DNA of 64,000 bases from a virus (lineage: Duplodnaviria > Caudoviricetes), in the IMG/VR virus record IMGVR_UViG_2974513674_000001, positions 32,001 through 96,000 of that record; one strand, 5' to 3'. Position 1 is the stretch's first letter. Every line of letters begins with the position of its first letter. A program made the translations under genes and the position numbers. The notes under the pieces are model-generated. The model did no database searches and was not told the origin of the DNA. It saw nothing but the letters and a program-made list of their open reading frames with translations. This document shows positions 46,724 to 55,488 of the stretch, piece after piece.

Positions 46724-47239
46724 ATGAGCCGAGAAGACAAGAAGTACAGCCGTGAAGCGTGGATCAAAGCGGTGCAGGGCGGCTCAGTCCTGGCCAGTTA
46801 CGAAGTCTGGGTGCGCAAATCCAAAGCAGCCGACGAACAGAAAGCCCTTGAACTCAAACAAAGCGAGAAGAACACCATGACCGACAAGACCAACACCGCC
46901 GCTGAAGCCCGTCAACGCGCTCGCCAGGTGAGCCCTGAAACCAAAGCCCGGATCGAGCGCATGGTCGCTGCCGAATTCTCGAAAGAAGAAATCGCCGACA
47001 TCCTCAAGATCAACGTGGAATCCATCGACCGCGCTCTCCGCACCGTTCTGGAGCCGTTCACCAGGGCCGATGTCGAGTTGATCACCCTGGCGATGGGTAT
47101 GCTGCGCGGTCGCAAGGATCGTGACTTCCACGAAGACCGTGAGTTCGATCAGCTCCTGCTGCAAGCCAATAATGCCGACGCGGGAAAGGTTGAAGCCCTG
47201 CACAAGCGCCTGCAAGCCAACGGCCTGCTTGTTGACTGA
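46724..47239 (+). CDS. HTH-containing hypothetical protein
   Basis: FSKEEIADILKINVESIDRAL HTH-like segment; start could be 46877. Confidence 0.55.
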   Translation: MSREDKKYSREAWIKAVQGGSVLASYEVWVRKSKAADEQKALELKQSEKNTMTDKTNTAAEARQRARQVSPETKARIERMVAAEFSKEEIADILKINVESIDRALRTVLEPFTRADVELITLAMGMLRGRKDRDFHEDREFDQLLLQANNADAGKVEALHKRLQANGLLVD

Positions 47240-47250
47240 GGACTGACTCA

Positions 47251-47658
47251 ATGAGCGCCAAGAAATCTCTGGTCGAATACTGCGGCCGCAAAGGCATCAA
47301 CCCGGATGGTCAATTCATCCAGGAAGATGGATACCTCTTCACCGATGGCTATCTGATCGGTGAGCGTGCGGCCAACCGCCGGGCGAGCAAGTTCATGCGC
47401 CTGTCGAAAGAAGCAACCCGCCAGCAGAACGAGCGCATCAAGGAACTGGAGATTGACCTCCAGTTCAAGGTCTCTGAGGCGCACGTCGCAACGATGGGTC
47501 GTCTGATGGGTCTCCAGGAGGCCGTACAAGCCCTTCTGGACGACGAACTCGCCGGTGTTCAGTGTCACCCTTGCGACCAGCACAACAACGACGTAAAGGC
47601 TCGCAACCTGCCGCCGCTGTTGCGTCAACTGTATGAGGTGTTTCATGGCCAAAAGTAA
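47251..47658 (+). CDS. Hypothetical protein
   Basis: GAGGA SD. Confidence 0.55.
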   Translation: MSAKKSLVEYCGRKGINPDGQFIQEDGYLFTDGYLIGERAANRRASKFMRLSKEATRQQNERIKELEIDLQFKVSEAHVATMGRLMGLQEAVQALLDDELAGVQCHPCDQHNNDVKARNLPPLLRQLYEVFHGQK

Positions 47659-47827
47659 GAACCCAGGCTATCTCAAGAAGGGCACAATCCTGTGCCCTAA
47701 TGACAAAGAGCCACTGCACTGGGAGCAAATGGGCGGTATGCGGGTCATCAAGGTGCAAGACGGCATCGAACTGCTGCAAGCCAAGTGCGTCAAGTGCGGG
47801 TGGTATTTCGGAGTACACGCCAAATGA
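47645..47827 (+). CDS. Small zinc-ribbon protein
   Basis: CPND...CVKCG; GAGGT SD. Confidence 0.5.
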   Translation: MAKSKNPGYLKKGTILCPNDKEPLHWEQMGGMRVIKVQDGIELLQAKCVKCGWYFGVHAK

Positions 47828-48027
47828 AGAAGAAACAAGCTCGCATCCTGAAGAAGAAGGTCGGTCCAAAGGCTCAGCTTGCCGAGAGCATGTATATCGG
47901 CACCCGGCGTCACTTCTGGGTGATCATGAGCGGCTTCTCAATCAGCATCGAGCACAGCCCAAAGAAAGCGAAGGCAACCTGGCGAGCGTGGAATGCAAGC
48001 GCTTGGCAGAAGAAGGTGACTCAATGA
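47824..48027 (+). CDS. Small basic hypothetical protein
   Basis: ATGA-coupled. Confidence 0.5.
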   Translation: MKKKQARILKKKVGPKAQLAESMYIGTRRHFWVIMSGFSISIEHSPKKAKATWRAWNASAWQKKVTQ

Positions 48028-48224
48028 TCACGTTCCTCACAGCAATCGTCGCCTTCATGATCGGTCACGGTATCGGCTGGAGCCGGGCTCACTTGACGGT
48101 AGCGACAGAGTGCCAGCGCCTGGGCAAGTTCTTCGTCAAGAAGGACGTTTATCACTGCACGAAGGTGGAGTGGGCTCACCCGGAACCTGAGAAAGAAAAG
48201 GAAGAGCGCACCTATGGCAATTGA
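48024..48224 (+). CDS. Small membrane hypothetical protein
   Basis: N-terminal TM, ECQRLGKFFV. Confidence 0.55.
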   Translation: MITFLTAIVAFMIGHGIGWSRAHLTVATECQRLGKFFVKKDVYHCTKVEWAHPEPEKEKEERTYGN

Positions 48225-48630
48225 AATCAAGATCGACGATGCGGTCATCCAGAAGCTGGCCGACGACGCTGTTCAGCGCGCAGTGAAGTCCACCGTCGAG
48301 AACTCGTCCGTGATCAAGCAGGCTGTCGAGAAGGCAATCGCCGGCGTCAAGATCGACACCAAGCAGATCGAGGACGCAGTGGTTCAGTCCATCAAGAACG
48401 TCACCAGCAGCCCGGCGTTCCTCGACGATCTGATCCGTCAAGCGATCATGAAAGGCGCACCCAAGCTCACCGGGTCGTTCGATGCGTCCCTCAGAGCGGC
48501 TGGGAAGCGCATGGCGCTCGATCCCGAAACCCTGGAGCAACTGATCGAGGGTGTGAAGCACAAACTGACCGCCGAAGCTGAAGAGCGTCGTGCGGAAATG
48601 GAAATCAAAGGTATGGGGGCATTCGCATGA
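48214..48630 (+). CDS. Helical hypothetical protein with C-terminal tag (MGAFA)
   Basis: ORF in operon. Confidence 0.6.
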   Translation: MAIEIKIDDAVIQKLADDAVQRAVKSTVENSSVIKQAVEKAIAGVKIDTKQIEDAVVQSIKNVTSSPAFLDDLIRQAIMKGAPKLTGSFDASLRAAGKRMALDPETLEQLIEGVKHKLTAEAEERRAEMEIKGMGAFA

Positions 48631-48896
48631 ATCTGCCCAACGCCAAATGGCTTGACCCGAAGGACGCGCCCAAAGACGGCACGATCCTCGTTCTGCTGGT
48701 TCGCTTCAAAGAGAACAGCACCGCCGACGCAACGACCGCTGTAACGATTGGCTCGAATCACTTCAACGACAACGAGCAAGACGAGTGGCTGTTCGCTGGC
48801 TGGGACTGGAACTACGACGAGTGGACTGCGGGCCTGGGTGAAGTGATCGGCTGGTGGCCTCTTGTGACGCCGGAGGTTCCCGTTGAGCCAGAGTAA
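48627..48896 (+). CDS. DUF551-like small phage protein
   Basis: W...APKDGT...GWWPL. Confidence 0.5.
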   Translation: MNLPNAKWLDPKDAPKDGTILVLLVRFKENSTADATTAVTIGSNHFNDNEQDEWLFAGWDWNYDEWTAGLGEVIGWWPLVTPEVPVEPE

Positions 48897-49095
48897 ACGC
48901 CAGTCGCTGATCGAAATCTGTACCGGGACAGCAATCGGGTATGTGGGTAGCTGGATGATCGCGCTCGCGTGTGTTCACTACTTCACCGGCCCGGTCGCTA
49001 TCACAACTGCAATCACAACCATCTGCACCGTCTGGAGCCTCGTTCGCGGGTACTTCTTGCGGCGCTACTTCAACAACAGGAAGGCACGACCATGA
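48883..49095 (+). CDS. Small two-TM protein
   Basis: QSKRQSLIE...SLVRGYFLRRYFN; GGAGG SD with TTG start. Confidence 0.6.
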   Translation: MSQSKRQSLIEICTGTAIGYVGSWMIALACVHYFTGPVAITTAITTICTVWSLVRGYFLRRYFNNRKARP

Positions 49096-49487
49096 AAAAG
49101 CTCACCGACAAGGTCAAGATCCACGAATCGAAGGCGCTGCGCACCCTGTCACGTCGCCAGGCCAGGAAGCTCGCTGCCCAGGCCGCCAAGCATCGCTGTG
49201 ACGCCATGAAGCACGGTGCAAATGCGACCGTCGCCGGTGGCAAGATTTACACCAAGCATCACCCGATCTACGAAGAGTTGATCCTGCCCCTGCTGGAAGA
49301 GGCTACCCGAATCGCCTCCAACGCCGGGTTCGACATTCTGCTTCAGGTTCGCACGCCGCTGATCAGCGAGCCGAACTTCACGCACGCCATTGGCGGCTTC
49401 CAGGATGAGAAGAACCTGACGCCAACCATGAAGGGTTGCATTGACCTGATCCGCAAGCGCCCATCGCTGGGTGGGCGCTTCATTTAA
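49092..49487 (+). CDS. Hypothetical protein
   Basis: ATGA-coupled. Confidence 0.55.
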   Translation: MKKLTDKVKIHESKALRTLSRRQARKLAAQAAKHRCDAMKHGANATVAGGKIYTKHHPIYEELILPLLEEATRIASNAGFDILLQVRTPLISEPNFTHAIGGFQDEKNLTPTMKGCIDLIRKRPSLGGRFI

Positions 49488-49499
49488 CGAAATGCAGAG

Positions 49500-49538
49500 C
49501 CCTCCAGAAACCACTGAAAAGCTGTGATAATTGCAGCT
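49500..49538 (+). promoter_or_regulatory. Phage promoter, -10 in hairpin loop
   Basis: CCC-N7-ACC-N13-GATAAT(49526); AGCTG/CAGCT. Confidence 0.55.
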
Positions 49539-49559
49539 CATTCAGAAGCGAGGTAGCCA

Positions 49560-50003
49560 ATGACCGACGAATACTCCCTCGACGACGAGCTGACCCGGAA
49601 ATCCGGGGAGGCTGCGTTGTGGCTCGACAATGAGCTGAGACGTGGGGGCGTCACCCGACTTGAGGCGTACACTGCGCTGATGGTGTTCGACATGATCACC
49701 CTGGGATTGATCGACCCCAAGTTCAACGACTGGTCACGCGAAGAGCGAGACAAGGCGATGTACCAACGTCCTGACAAGGTCGTGATGCACCGCTTTGAGC
49801 CTGATGGTCGTGAGACTGTGATCAGCGTGAGCCTCAACCGTCGGGCGGGCACGGTAGACGTGACCCAACTGACAAGAAACCCGACCCATGAATCGAAGAC
49901 CCACACCTTCGACGAAGAGACGGACCCTGTAACCGCCGCTTGTGCTGGGTATCTCAAGATCATTGAGCGACTACAGAGCAAGGGCCTGGTAGTGGTGGCA
50001 TAA
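49560..50003 (+). CDS. Hypothetical protein
   Basis: GAGGT SD. Confidence 0.6.
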   Translation: MTDEYSLDDELTRKSGEAALWLDNELRRGGVTRLEAYTALMVFDMITLGLIDPKFNDWSREERDKAMYQRPDKVVMHRFEPDGRETVISVSLNRRAGTVDVTQLTRNPTHESKTHTFDEETDPVTAACAGYLKIIERLQSKGLVVVA

Positions 50004-50570
50004 ATGGTATGGAAAGTGGCAACAATCGGCGACATCGAGACCACCGGCCTGAAGCAAGAAGACGGGCACCGGATCATCGAAGTCGCCTTGTCCGTTTGGG
50101 CTTTCAACACCGTCACTGGTGACAAGCGCAAGCTGGGCAAGCCGTACATTCAGCGCATCAACCCGGAACGACCTATCGACCCAGGAGCTGAAGCAGTCCA
50201 CAAGATCAGCCTGGCTGACTTGCGTGGCAAGCCGAAGTGGGACAAGGTCGCCCCAACTGTTTCGGGAATCCTCTCTCGCACCGACGTGTTCATCGCTCAC
50301 AACGCAGCCTTCGACGCCCCGTTCCTCGCGCTCGAACTGATCCGTGTGAAGATGCCGATGCCGACCTTCGACGTGTACTGCACGATGGAGCAAGGGCGCA
50401 AAGCTACTGGCTTCGGCAAAGTCCCCAACCTGGGCGAACTCGCCTACGCTTGCGGCTATGACTACGACACCGACGCAGCCCACTCGGCTCTCTACGACAC
50501 CCAGTTGTTGGAGAACTGCTATTGGTACGGTGTTGAAAACGGCCTCTTCAAGAGCCCGGCTGACATCTAA
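50004..50570 (+). CDS. dnaQ: DnaQ-like DEDDh 3'-5' exonuclease (epsilon)
   Basis: DIETTGL...RIIE, HNAAFD, HSALYD. Confidence 0.9.
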   Translation: MVWKVATIGDIETTGLKQEDGHRIIEVALSVWAFNTVTGDKRKLGKPYIQRINPERPIDPGAEAVHKISLADLRGKPKWDKVAPTVSGILSRTDVFIAHNAAFDAPFLALELIRVKMPMPTFDVYCTMEQGRKATGFGKVPNLGELAYACGYDYDTDAAHSALYDTQLLENCYWYGVENGLFKSPADI

Positions 50571-50572
50571 AC

Positions 50573-50604
50573 GCCACGCTATGCCTGAGAAATCAGCGCA
50601 TAGT
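50573..50604 (+). promoter_or_regulatory. Phage promoter
   Basis: GCCACGCTATGCC-N13-CATAGT(50599). Confidence 0.65.
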
Positions 50605-50644
50605 GTGCATCTATCGAAACAGCACATAGCAAGAGAACAATCAC

Positions 50645-51136
50645 ATGGCTGATATTTATCAGAACATCGACGGGACCAGCATCGGGTCGAAGACCTGGGC
50701 CGAGAAGAAGGACTCGCCGGAGTGGACTCTGAAGGAGTACCGCAACGACAAAATCTGGGTGCGCCTGCACTGGATCGGCCGCTATCGCAAAGACCTGCCG
50801 GCTGAGTACCGTCATTCGCACGGCATCCAGGTCTACAACCGCTTGATCGTCAAGAAGACCGAGTGGGAAGAAGAGACCCTGGAAGATAAAGGCTGGGTGC
50901 TCGATCCGGCTGCGACCCAGACCTTCCGCACCAAGTCTGCTGCTGAAGCTGCATACGAAGACATGCTCCTGCGCTACACCGCATCGAGCCTGGAAATGGA
51001 TGAAGACGGTGAAATGACCTTCGTCGAAGTGGACAACCAGCTCGCACCGGTGGTGCCAGGTTCGTCGCTGATCCTCGATGAAGAACAGGTCGCACGCGCT
51101 GCTGAGAAAGGCATCGACGCCGGGGGCTGGTCTTGA
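50645..51136 (+). CDS. Hypothetical protein with C-terminal tag (AGGWS)
   Basis: ORF follows a promoter. Confidence 0.6.
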   Translation: MADIYQNIDGTSIGSKTWAEKKDSPEWTLKEYRNDKIWVRLHWIGRYRKDLPAEYRHSHGIQVYNRLIVKKTEWEEETLEDKGWVLDPAATQTFRTKSAAEAAYEDMLLRYTASSLEMDEDGEMTFVEVDNQLAPVVPGSSLILDEEQVARAAEKGIDAGGWS

Positions 51137-51735
51137 GCCACAACTTTGAACTAGAGGACGTGCCAGATTACCTGGCACAGTTCCCTGTATTGAAAGGGAA
51201 AACTCAACTCGGTCGAGGCGAGTTTTCCGTAGTCTTCGAGGGCAGTTGCCCTAATACCGTGCTGAAGCTGACCGCTGACTACACCACCGTCAACTTGCTG
51301 TTGCTGGGGCGTGTCAAAGGCTGCGAAGGCATCGTGGAGTTCATCGAGTATCACGGCTTCATGGATTCACCAGAGCACCCGGATGGCGTGCATCTTATCG
51401 AGCTGAAGCGCTTGCGGGACATTTGTCCGTGTGATGACCGCTCGCTGTATTACGAGCGCGAATCGCTCATAGCGACCGTCAGACACCGCATCATGGAAAG
51501 CGACCGCTACGAGGGGATTCTGCCAGCGCAAGAGCGTCACGCGGGCGCATTGCAGGAGCTTGCAATGTCGAACCTCTTCAGTGCGCATATCTCCAGAGCG
51601 CTTGAGTGGATCGCCAACTTCATGCGCGCCAGCACGCTCGATCTGCTGCATGACTTGTGCAACCCGGCGAACTACATGACAGACGGCAAGCGCCTGATCA
51701 TCACCGACCCGCTGGTGACTGTTCCGGCAGGTTGA
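51133..51735 (+). CDS. Protein-kinase-like fold protein
   Basis: LGRGEFSVVF, VLKL, HDLCNPANYM, IITDP. Confidence 0.6.
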   Translation: MSHNFELEDVPDYLAQFPVLKGKTQLGRGEFSVVFEGSCPNTVLKLTADYTTVNLLLLGRVKGCEGIVEFIEYHGFMDSPEHPDGVHLIELKRLRDICPCDDRSLYYERESLIATVRHRIMESDRYEGILPAQERHAGALQELAMSNLFSAHISRALEWIANFMRASTLDLLHDLCNPANYMTDGKRLIITDPLVTVPAG

Positions 51736-51751
51736 CAGAGCCCAGGATTTC

Positions 51752-51783
51752 GCCACGCACTGCCTATTCCTGCTCTGTATAGT
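51752..51783 (+). promoter_or_regulatory. Phage promoter
   Basis: GCCACGCACTGCC-N13-TATAGT(51778); 14-mer identical to the one at 63361. Confidence 0.7.
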
Positions 51784-51840
51784 TCACTTACTGAAACGCG
51801 ACACACATTAAACAACTCAGCTTAAACAGGTACTTACAGC

Positions 51841-52677
51841 ATGGCCAAGAACGCACTGCAACAGATCGAAGACGCGCCTCAAGAGAACGCTGGCGTTGAA
51901 GAAGTAGTCATCGGTGGGGCTTCCAGCTCTGTCGAAGAACTCGACGCCATGTTCGACGACCTCGAACTGAACCTCGATGGTCCGTCGACCTCTTCCATCG
52001 TCGTCAATGGTCTGCCTGAGCAGCCAGAAGTCCACGACGAGGCTCAACTGATCGCAGCCGGCCGTGCTGCAACCAATGAAGAGCTGCAAAAGCTCGCCAT
52101 TGAAGAAATGAACGAGAACTCCGAGCACCACCCGGAAGATGCTCAGACCCCAGCCGCCCAGACCAAGAAGAAGGCTCCGGTCACCAAGCGCATCAGCACC
52201 GCCGGCATGGCGAAGTCTGAAGCTCTGGCGACTGCACTGGGTGACAAGCTCGACACGCTCCTGATGGTCGACAGCGACGACCTGGCTCTGCCCGCTGACG
52301 AGCAGTTCGACAAGCGCATCGCCTTGCTCGAACGCATCGACGGTCTGCCGAAGAAGATCGGTGAGAAAGCCACCAACCTCTTCGCACACGTCAGCAAGGG
52401 TGCCCAGCTCTCGAACTACACCAAGATCGCCATCAACCTGCTCGCTGCGAATGGTGAAATGACCAGCAAGCAGCTCAAAGACACGTACCTCGCCCGCCCG
52501 TACAGCGAAGGCACCGCGTCGAGTCAGACGACCCAGCTCATGAATCTGCTGCCAGCGCTGGGCATCGCGAAGAAGGAAGCTGGCAAGCTGGTCGTCAACC
52601 CGACCTCGACCCTGTTCCCGGTGCTCACTGCCGCAGCAGAAGCAGCGCCTGAGAGCCTGGAAGACGACGCGGAGTAA
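51841..52677 (+). CDS. Acidic N-terminus plus probable winged-helix C-domain
   Basis: LAANGEMTSKQL...YSEGTASSQ...LGIAKKE. Confidence 0.6.
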   Translation: MAKNALQQIEDAPQENAGVEEVVIGGASSSVEELDAMFDDLELNLDGPSTSSIVVNGLPEQPEVHDEAQLIAAGRAATNEELQKLAIEEMNENSEHHPEDAQTPAAQTKKKAPVTKRISTAGMAKSEALATALGDKLDTLLMVDSDDLALPADEQFDKRIALLERIDGLPKKIGEKATNLFAHVSKGAQLSNYTKIAINLLAANGEMTSKQLKDTYLARPYSEGTASSQTTQLMNLLPALGIAKKEAGKLVVNPTSTLFPVLTAAAEAAPESLEDDAE

Positions 52678-52697
52678 TCCACCACCACCTGGTTAAC

Positions 52698-52719
52698 GCC
52701 CTCTTCGGAGGGCTTTTTT
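52698..52719 (+). terminator. Rho-independent terminator with UUCG loop
   Basis: GCCCTC-TTCG-GAGGGC-TTTTTT. Confidence 0.9.
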
Positions 52720-52733
52720 ATGGGAGATAGGAA

Positions 52734-52946
52734 ATGGGCAAGCTGGATGCGTGCAATCTGGATGTGTACAAGCACGGCGAGAGCATGGGCCTGTACGACA
52801 TGCCAAAAGACGAAGCCGAAAAGCTCTGTGAGCGGCTGACCAAAGAAACTGGCCGTCTTCACGACTGGCACTACATCGGCGGCCGGGTGCATGTGAAAGC
52901 TCTGCCAAAAGACTTCAAGCCTGAAACAGTGAGTGACTGGGCATGA
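52734..52946 (+). CDS. Small hypothetical protein (ends SDWA)
   Basis: GGAG SD. Confidence 0.55.
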   Translation: MGKLDACNLDVYKHGESMGLYDMPKDEAEKLCERLTKETGRLHDWHYIGGRVHVKALPKDFKPETVSDWA

Positions 52947-53131
52947 ACTGCACCATTTGCAACCTGCCTATCGTTCTGGTCCCCAGCGCCGCTGAGCGGG
53001 CCAAGCGCTACGGCGGGAAACCGTCTGACTACACCAAGCTGTTCACCACTCATGCCAAATGCGCTGTCGATAAGCGTGAGGCTGAAACCATCGCTCTGAT
53101 TCGGAGGAAAAATGCCCAAGCTAACCTGTGA
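52943..53131 (+). CDS. Small zinc-finger-like protein
   Basis: CTIC...HAKC. Confidence 0.55.
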   Translation: MNCTICNLPIVLVPSAAERAKRYGGKPSDYTKLFTTHAKCAVDKREAETIALIRRKNAQANL

Positions 53132-53648
53132 ACTGGTTCCATCCAACCAGTGGGGCACGAACCTGCGCAGCGTCCTGGCTCCGAAAGTCTGGGACTCGCT
53201 CCGCAAAGCCTGCTACGAACGTGCCGGCCACCGCTGCGAGATTTGCAATGGCGTCGGTCGCACCCACCCGGTCGAGTGCCATGAAACCTGGGAGTACACC
53301 GATGGCCCCGTGTGGATTCAGAAGCTCACCGGGTTGATCGCGCTGTGCCCAAGCTGCCACAAGGTGAAGCACATTGGCTTCGCGCTGACGCAGGGTGATC
53401 GCGCTTTCATGGCTGCGCTGAACCACCTGGCCAAAGTCAACGGCTGGTCGCCCACGCGGACGTATGACTACGTGAACAACCAGTTCGAGATTCACCGGGT
53501 TCGCAGTCAGATGCACTGGGTCATGGACCTCGACTGGCTCGACAACATGCAAAGCTACATCGACGAGACAGCAACCGCAGCACGGCAAGCTCGCTCTGAG
53601 CGCGCTGCTGCGACGATAGCGAATATGACTCGCAAGCGTGACGCTTAG
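53112..53648 (+). CDS. HNH-like (His-Me finger) protein
   Basis: RCEICNG...ECHE...LCPSCHKVKH. Confidence 0.7.
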   Translation: MPKLTCELVPSNQWGTNLRSVLAPKVWDSLRKACYERAGHRCEICNGVGRTHPVECHETWEYTDGPVWIQKLTGLIALCPSCHKVKHIGFALTQGDRAFMAALNHLAKVNGWSPTRTYDYVNNQFEIHRVRSQMHWVMDLDWLDNMQSYIDETATAARQARSERAAATIANMTRKRDA

Positions 53649-53700
53649 AGCGAATCGCTCTTAAACGAGCGCACAGAGCGTCCAACAGAGCTGAGTGGGC

Positions 53701-53740
53701 GCCAAGTAGTGCCACTCAGCAGTCTGTAGAATTGCAGACT
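53701..53740 (+). promoter_or_regulatory. Phage promoter, -10 in hairpin loop
   Basis: GCC-N7-GCC-N13-TAGAAT(53727); AGTCTG/CAGACT. Confidence 0.7.
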
Positions 53741-53754
53741 TGAAGGAGAGTTTT

Positions 53755-54036
53755 ATGCGGAAGAGCAGACAACCCGGCTTCGACAAGATGCTCGAAGCCA
53801 AGCGTGAAAACGCCAAGAACATCATGAGCCAGTTCACCCAGAACTGCGACGGGTGCAGCGTCGTCAGCAGCAAGGCGAAGCTGTTCGACCTGGAAGAAGG
53901 CCGCTTCTGCCTGAAGTGCCTCCCGGATGGCATGACTGGCATCGAAGCGCTCGAAGCCCACACTGAGCGTCAGGCTCGCTTGCAAGAGCAGCGCGACAAC
54001 CCGGTGCGGCCGGAAGACTTCGGTGGCTGGTCATGA
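53755..54036 (+). CDS. Small zinc-finger protein with C-terminal tag (RPEDFGGWS)
   Basis: CDGC...CLKC; AAGGAG SD. Confidence 0.6.
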   Translation: MRKSRQPGFDKMLEAKRENAKNIMSQFTQNCDGCSVVSSKAKLFDLEEGRFCLKCLPDGMTGIEALEAHTERQARLQEQRDNPVRPEDFGGWS

Positions 54037-54317
54037 ACCAGAACATGAAGGACTTCTTCTACGGGATTCCCGTCTACAAGCAGCACCGAATGGACGACGA
54101 GGATGACCTCGAAGCCGAGACCATCAAGGCCGAGAACAGCGCCATCAAGCGCGCCCTGGCTATGGCTATCGAGCAGCGAACTCGTCACCGTGACGGGAAA
54201 GTTGAATCTGTTCGCCGTCAGATCGAGCAGGCTGAACTTGACGCCATCGCTGCCGACTTCGAGGCCGAAGAGCGCAAGAAGAGGCTTGAGAAGATGGGCG
54301 CCGGGAGCTGGGCATGA
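54033..54317 (+). CDS. Coiled-coil protein with C-terminal tag (AGSWA)
   Basis: ATGA-coupled. Confidence 0.6.
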   Translation: MNQNMKDFFYGIPVYKQHRMDDEDDLEAETIKAENSAIKRALAMAIEQRTRHRDGKVESVRRQIEQAELDAIAADFEAEERKKRLEKMGAGSWA

Positions 54318-54712
54318 AGTACACCGCAGAATCTGAAAACCTAGCTATCGAACTGGCCAGGCTCGACATGGAGCAGCGAGCCATCGAGAAGAAGAAGGCT
54401 GCTGAAATCAAGGCTGCGGCCGACATGGTGAAGCTGGAGAAAATCCGCATCGAGCGTGAGGCGGCAGCGATCAAGGAGGCTCAGGAGGCAGCAGCGGCCG
54501 AAGCCTACACCTGGATGAAGGTGTTCAGCGCGCTCGATGATAGAGGCTTAGAGGCTGACAAGATCATGACGGCCATCAAGCAGATGCAGGAACAAGGGCA
54601 CACCGCTGAAATGTGCCTGGAAATGATCGAGAAGACGGCTATCAAGCCCAAAGCTCCACCCGCACCAAAGAAAGAACCACCCCGCCCGGCTGCATTCGGC
54701 ACATGGGCATAA
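54314..54712 (+). CDS. Coiled-coil protein with C-terminal tag (RPAAFGTWA)
   Basis: ATGA-coupled. Confidence 0.6.
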   Translation: MKYTAESENLAIELARLDMEQRAIEKKKAAEIKAAADMVKLEKIRIEREAAAIKEAQEAAAAEAYTWMKVFSALDDRGLEADKIMTAIKQMQEQGHTAEMCLEMIEKTAIKPKAPPAPKKEPPRPAAFGTWA

Positions 54713-54728
54713 CTGAAGAGGCAACACA

Positions 54729-55415
54729 ATGAAGACGTTTGCAAAGGAAATGTGGCACCTGCTGGTGTTTACCGGCGCGCTGGTATGTTTCAACATCGGC
54801 CTGAAGGCTGCGATTATGTCGTTCGTCGATGCGCTGGACGGCGACATCAAGTGGGTGACGTTCCTGTACATGGTGCTGGTCGCCATTGCCCTGGGTATGC
54901 TGACGCTCAAGACCTTTGAGTGGCTGCACAAGCAAATCGCCGAGACGCGCGGCATGAAATACTTCAAGGCCGCTATCGAAAAGCATACCGCCGAGCTGAA
55001 TAAGCACCAGAAGGAAATCGAGGACAAGATCCTTGAATACTCCAAGAACAACAAGGAGCTGCACAACGCCAATCTGATGCTGGCTGACGAACTCAGAAAG
55101 GTGAAAGCCGAGTTGTACGCAGAGCGGAAGCCAGTCATGGTCGAGCAGCACTTCGACGATTGGGCTCTGAACCAGTTCGTGACTCAACTGCGCGCCAAAC
55201 TCAAGCGCAAGCGTGGAATGGGTCGCGCCGGCTGGAATGACTGTCAGATCACCATCCTGCACGACCTGCTCGTCGAAGAGGTCGAGAGCCTCAACGTGGA
55301 GAAGATGGACATGGTCGACATCGGCAACTACGCCATGATGTGCTGGATGCGGGATGCGTTCCCGGTCGAGTGCGAGAGCGCAGCCCTGAAGTCGGTGCGC
55401 CAGATCGAGGCGTAA
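54729..55415 (+). CDS. Two-TM plus coiled-coil hypothetical protein
   Basis: TM segments; C-terminal KLxxKR..G..GW...VDIGNYAMM domain. Confidence 0.6.
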   Translation: MKTFAKEMWHLLVFTGALVCFNIGLKAAIMSFVDALDGDIKWVTFLYMVLVAIALGMLTLKTFEWLHKQIAETRGMKYFKAAIEKHTAELNKHQKEIEDKILEYSKNNKELHNANLMLADELRKVKAELYAERKPVMVEQHFDDWALNQFVTQLRAKLKRKRGMGRAGWNDCQITILHDLLVEEVESLNVEKMDMVDIGNYAMMCWMRDAFPVECESAALKSVRQIEA

Positions 55416-55423
55416 AGCTGGCA

Positions 55424-55463
55424 CCCACACAAGCCCAACGTGCGCTCTATAAACTGAGCGCAC
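55424..55463 (+). promoter_or_regulatory. Phage promoter, -10 in hairpin loop
   Basis: CCC-N7-CCC-N13-TAAACT(55450); GTGCGCTC/GAGCGCAC, the same stem as at 20086. Confidence 0.7.
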
Positions 55464-55488
55464 TCACAGCGAAACGATGAGGCAACCC

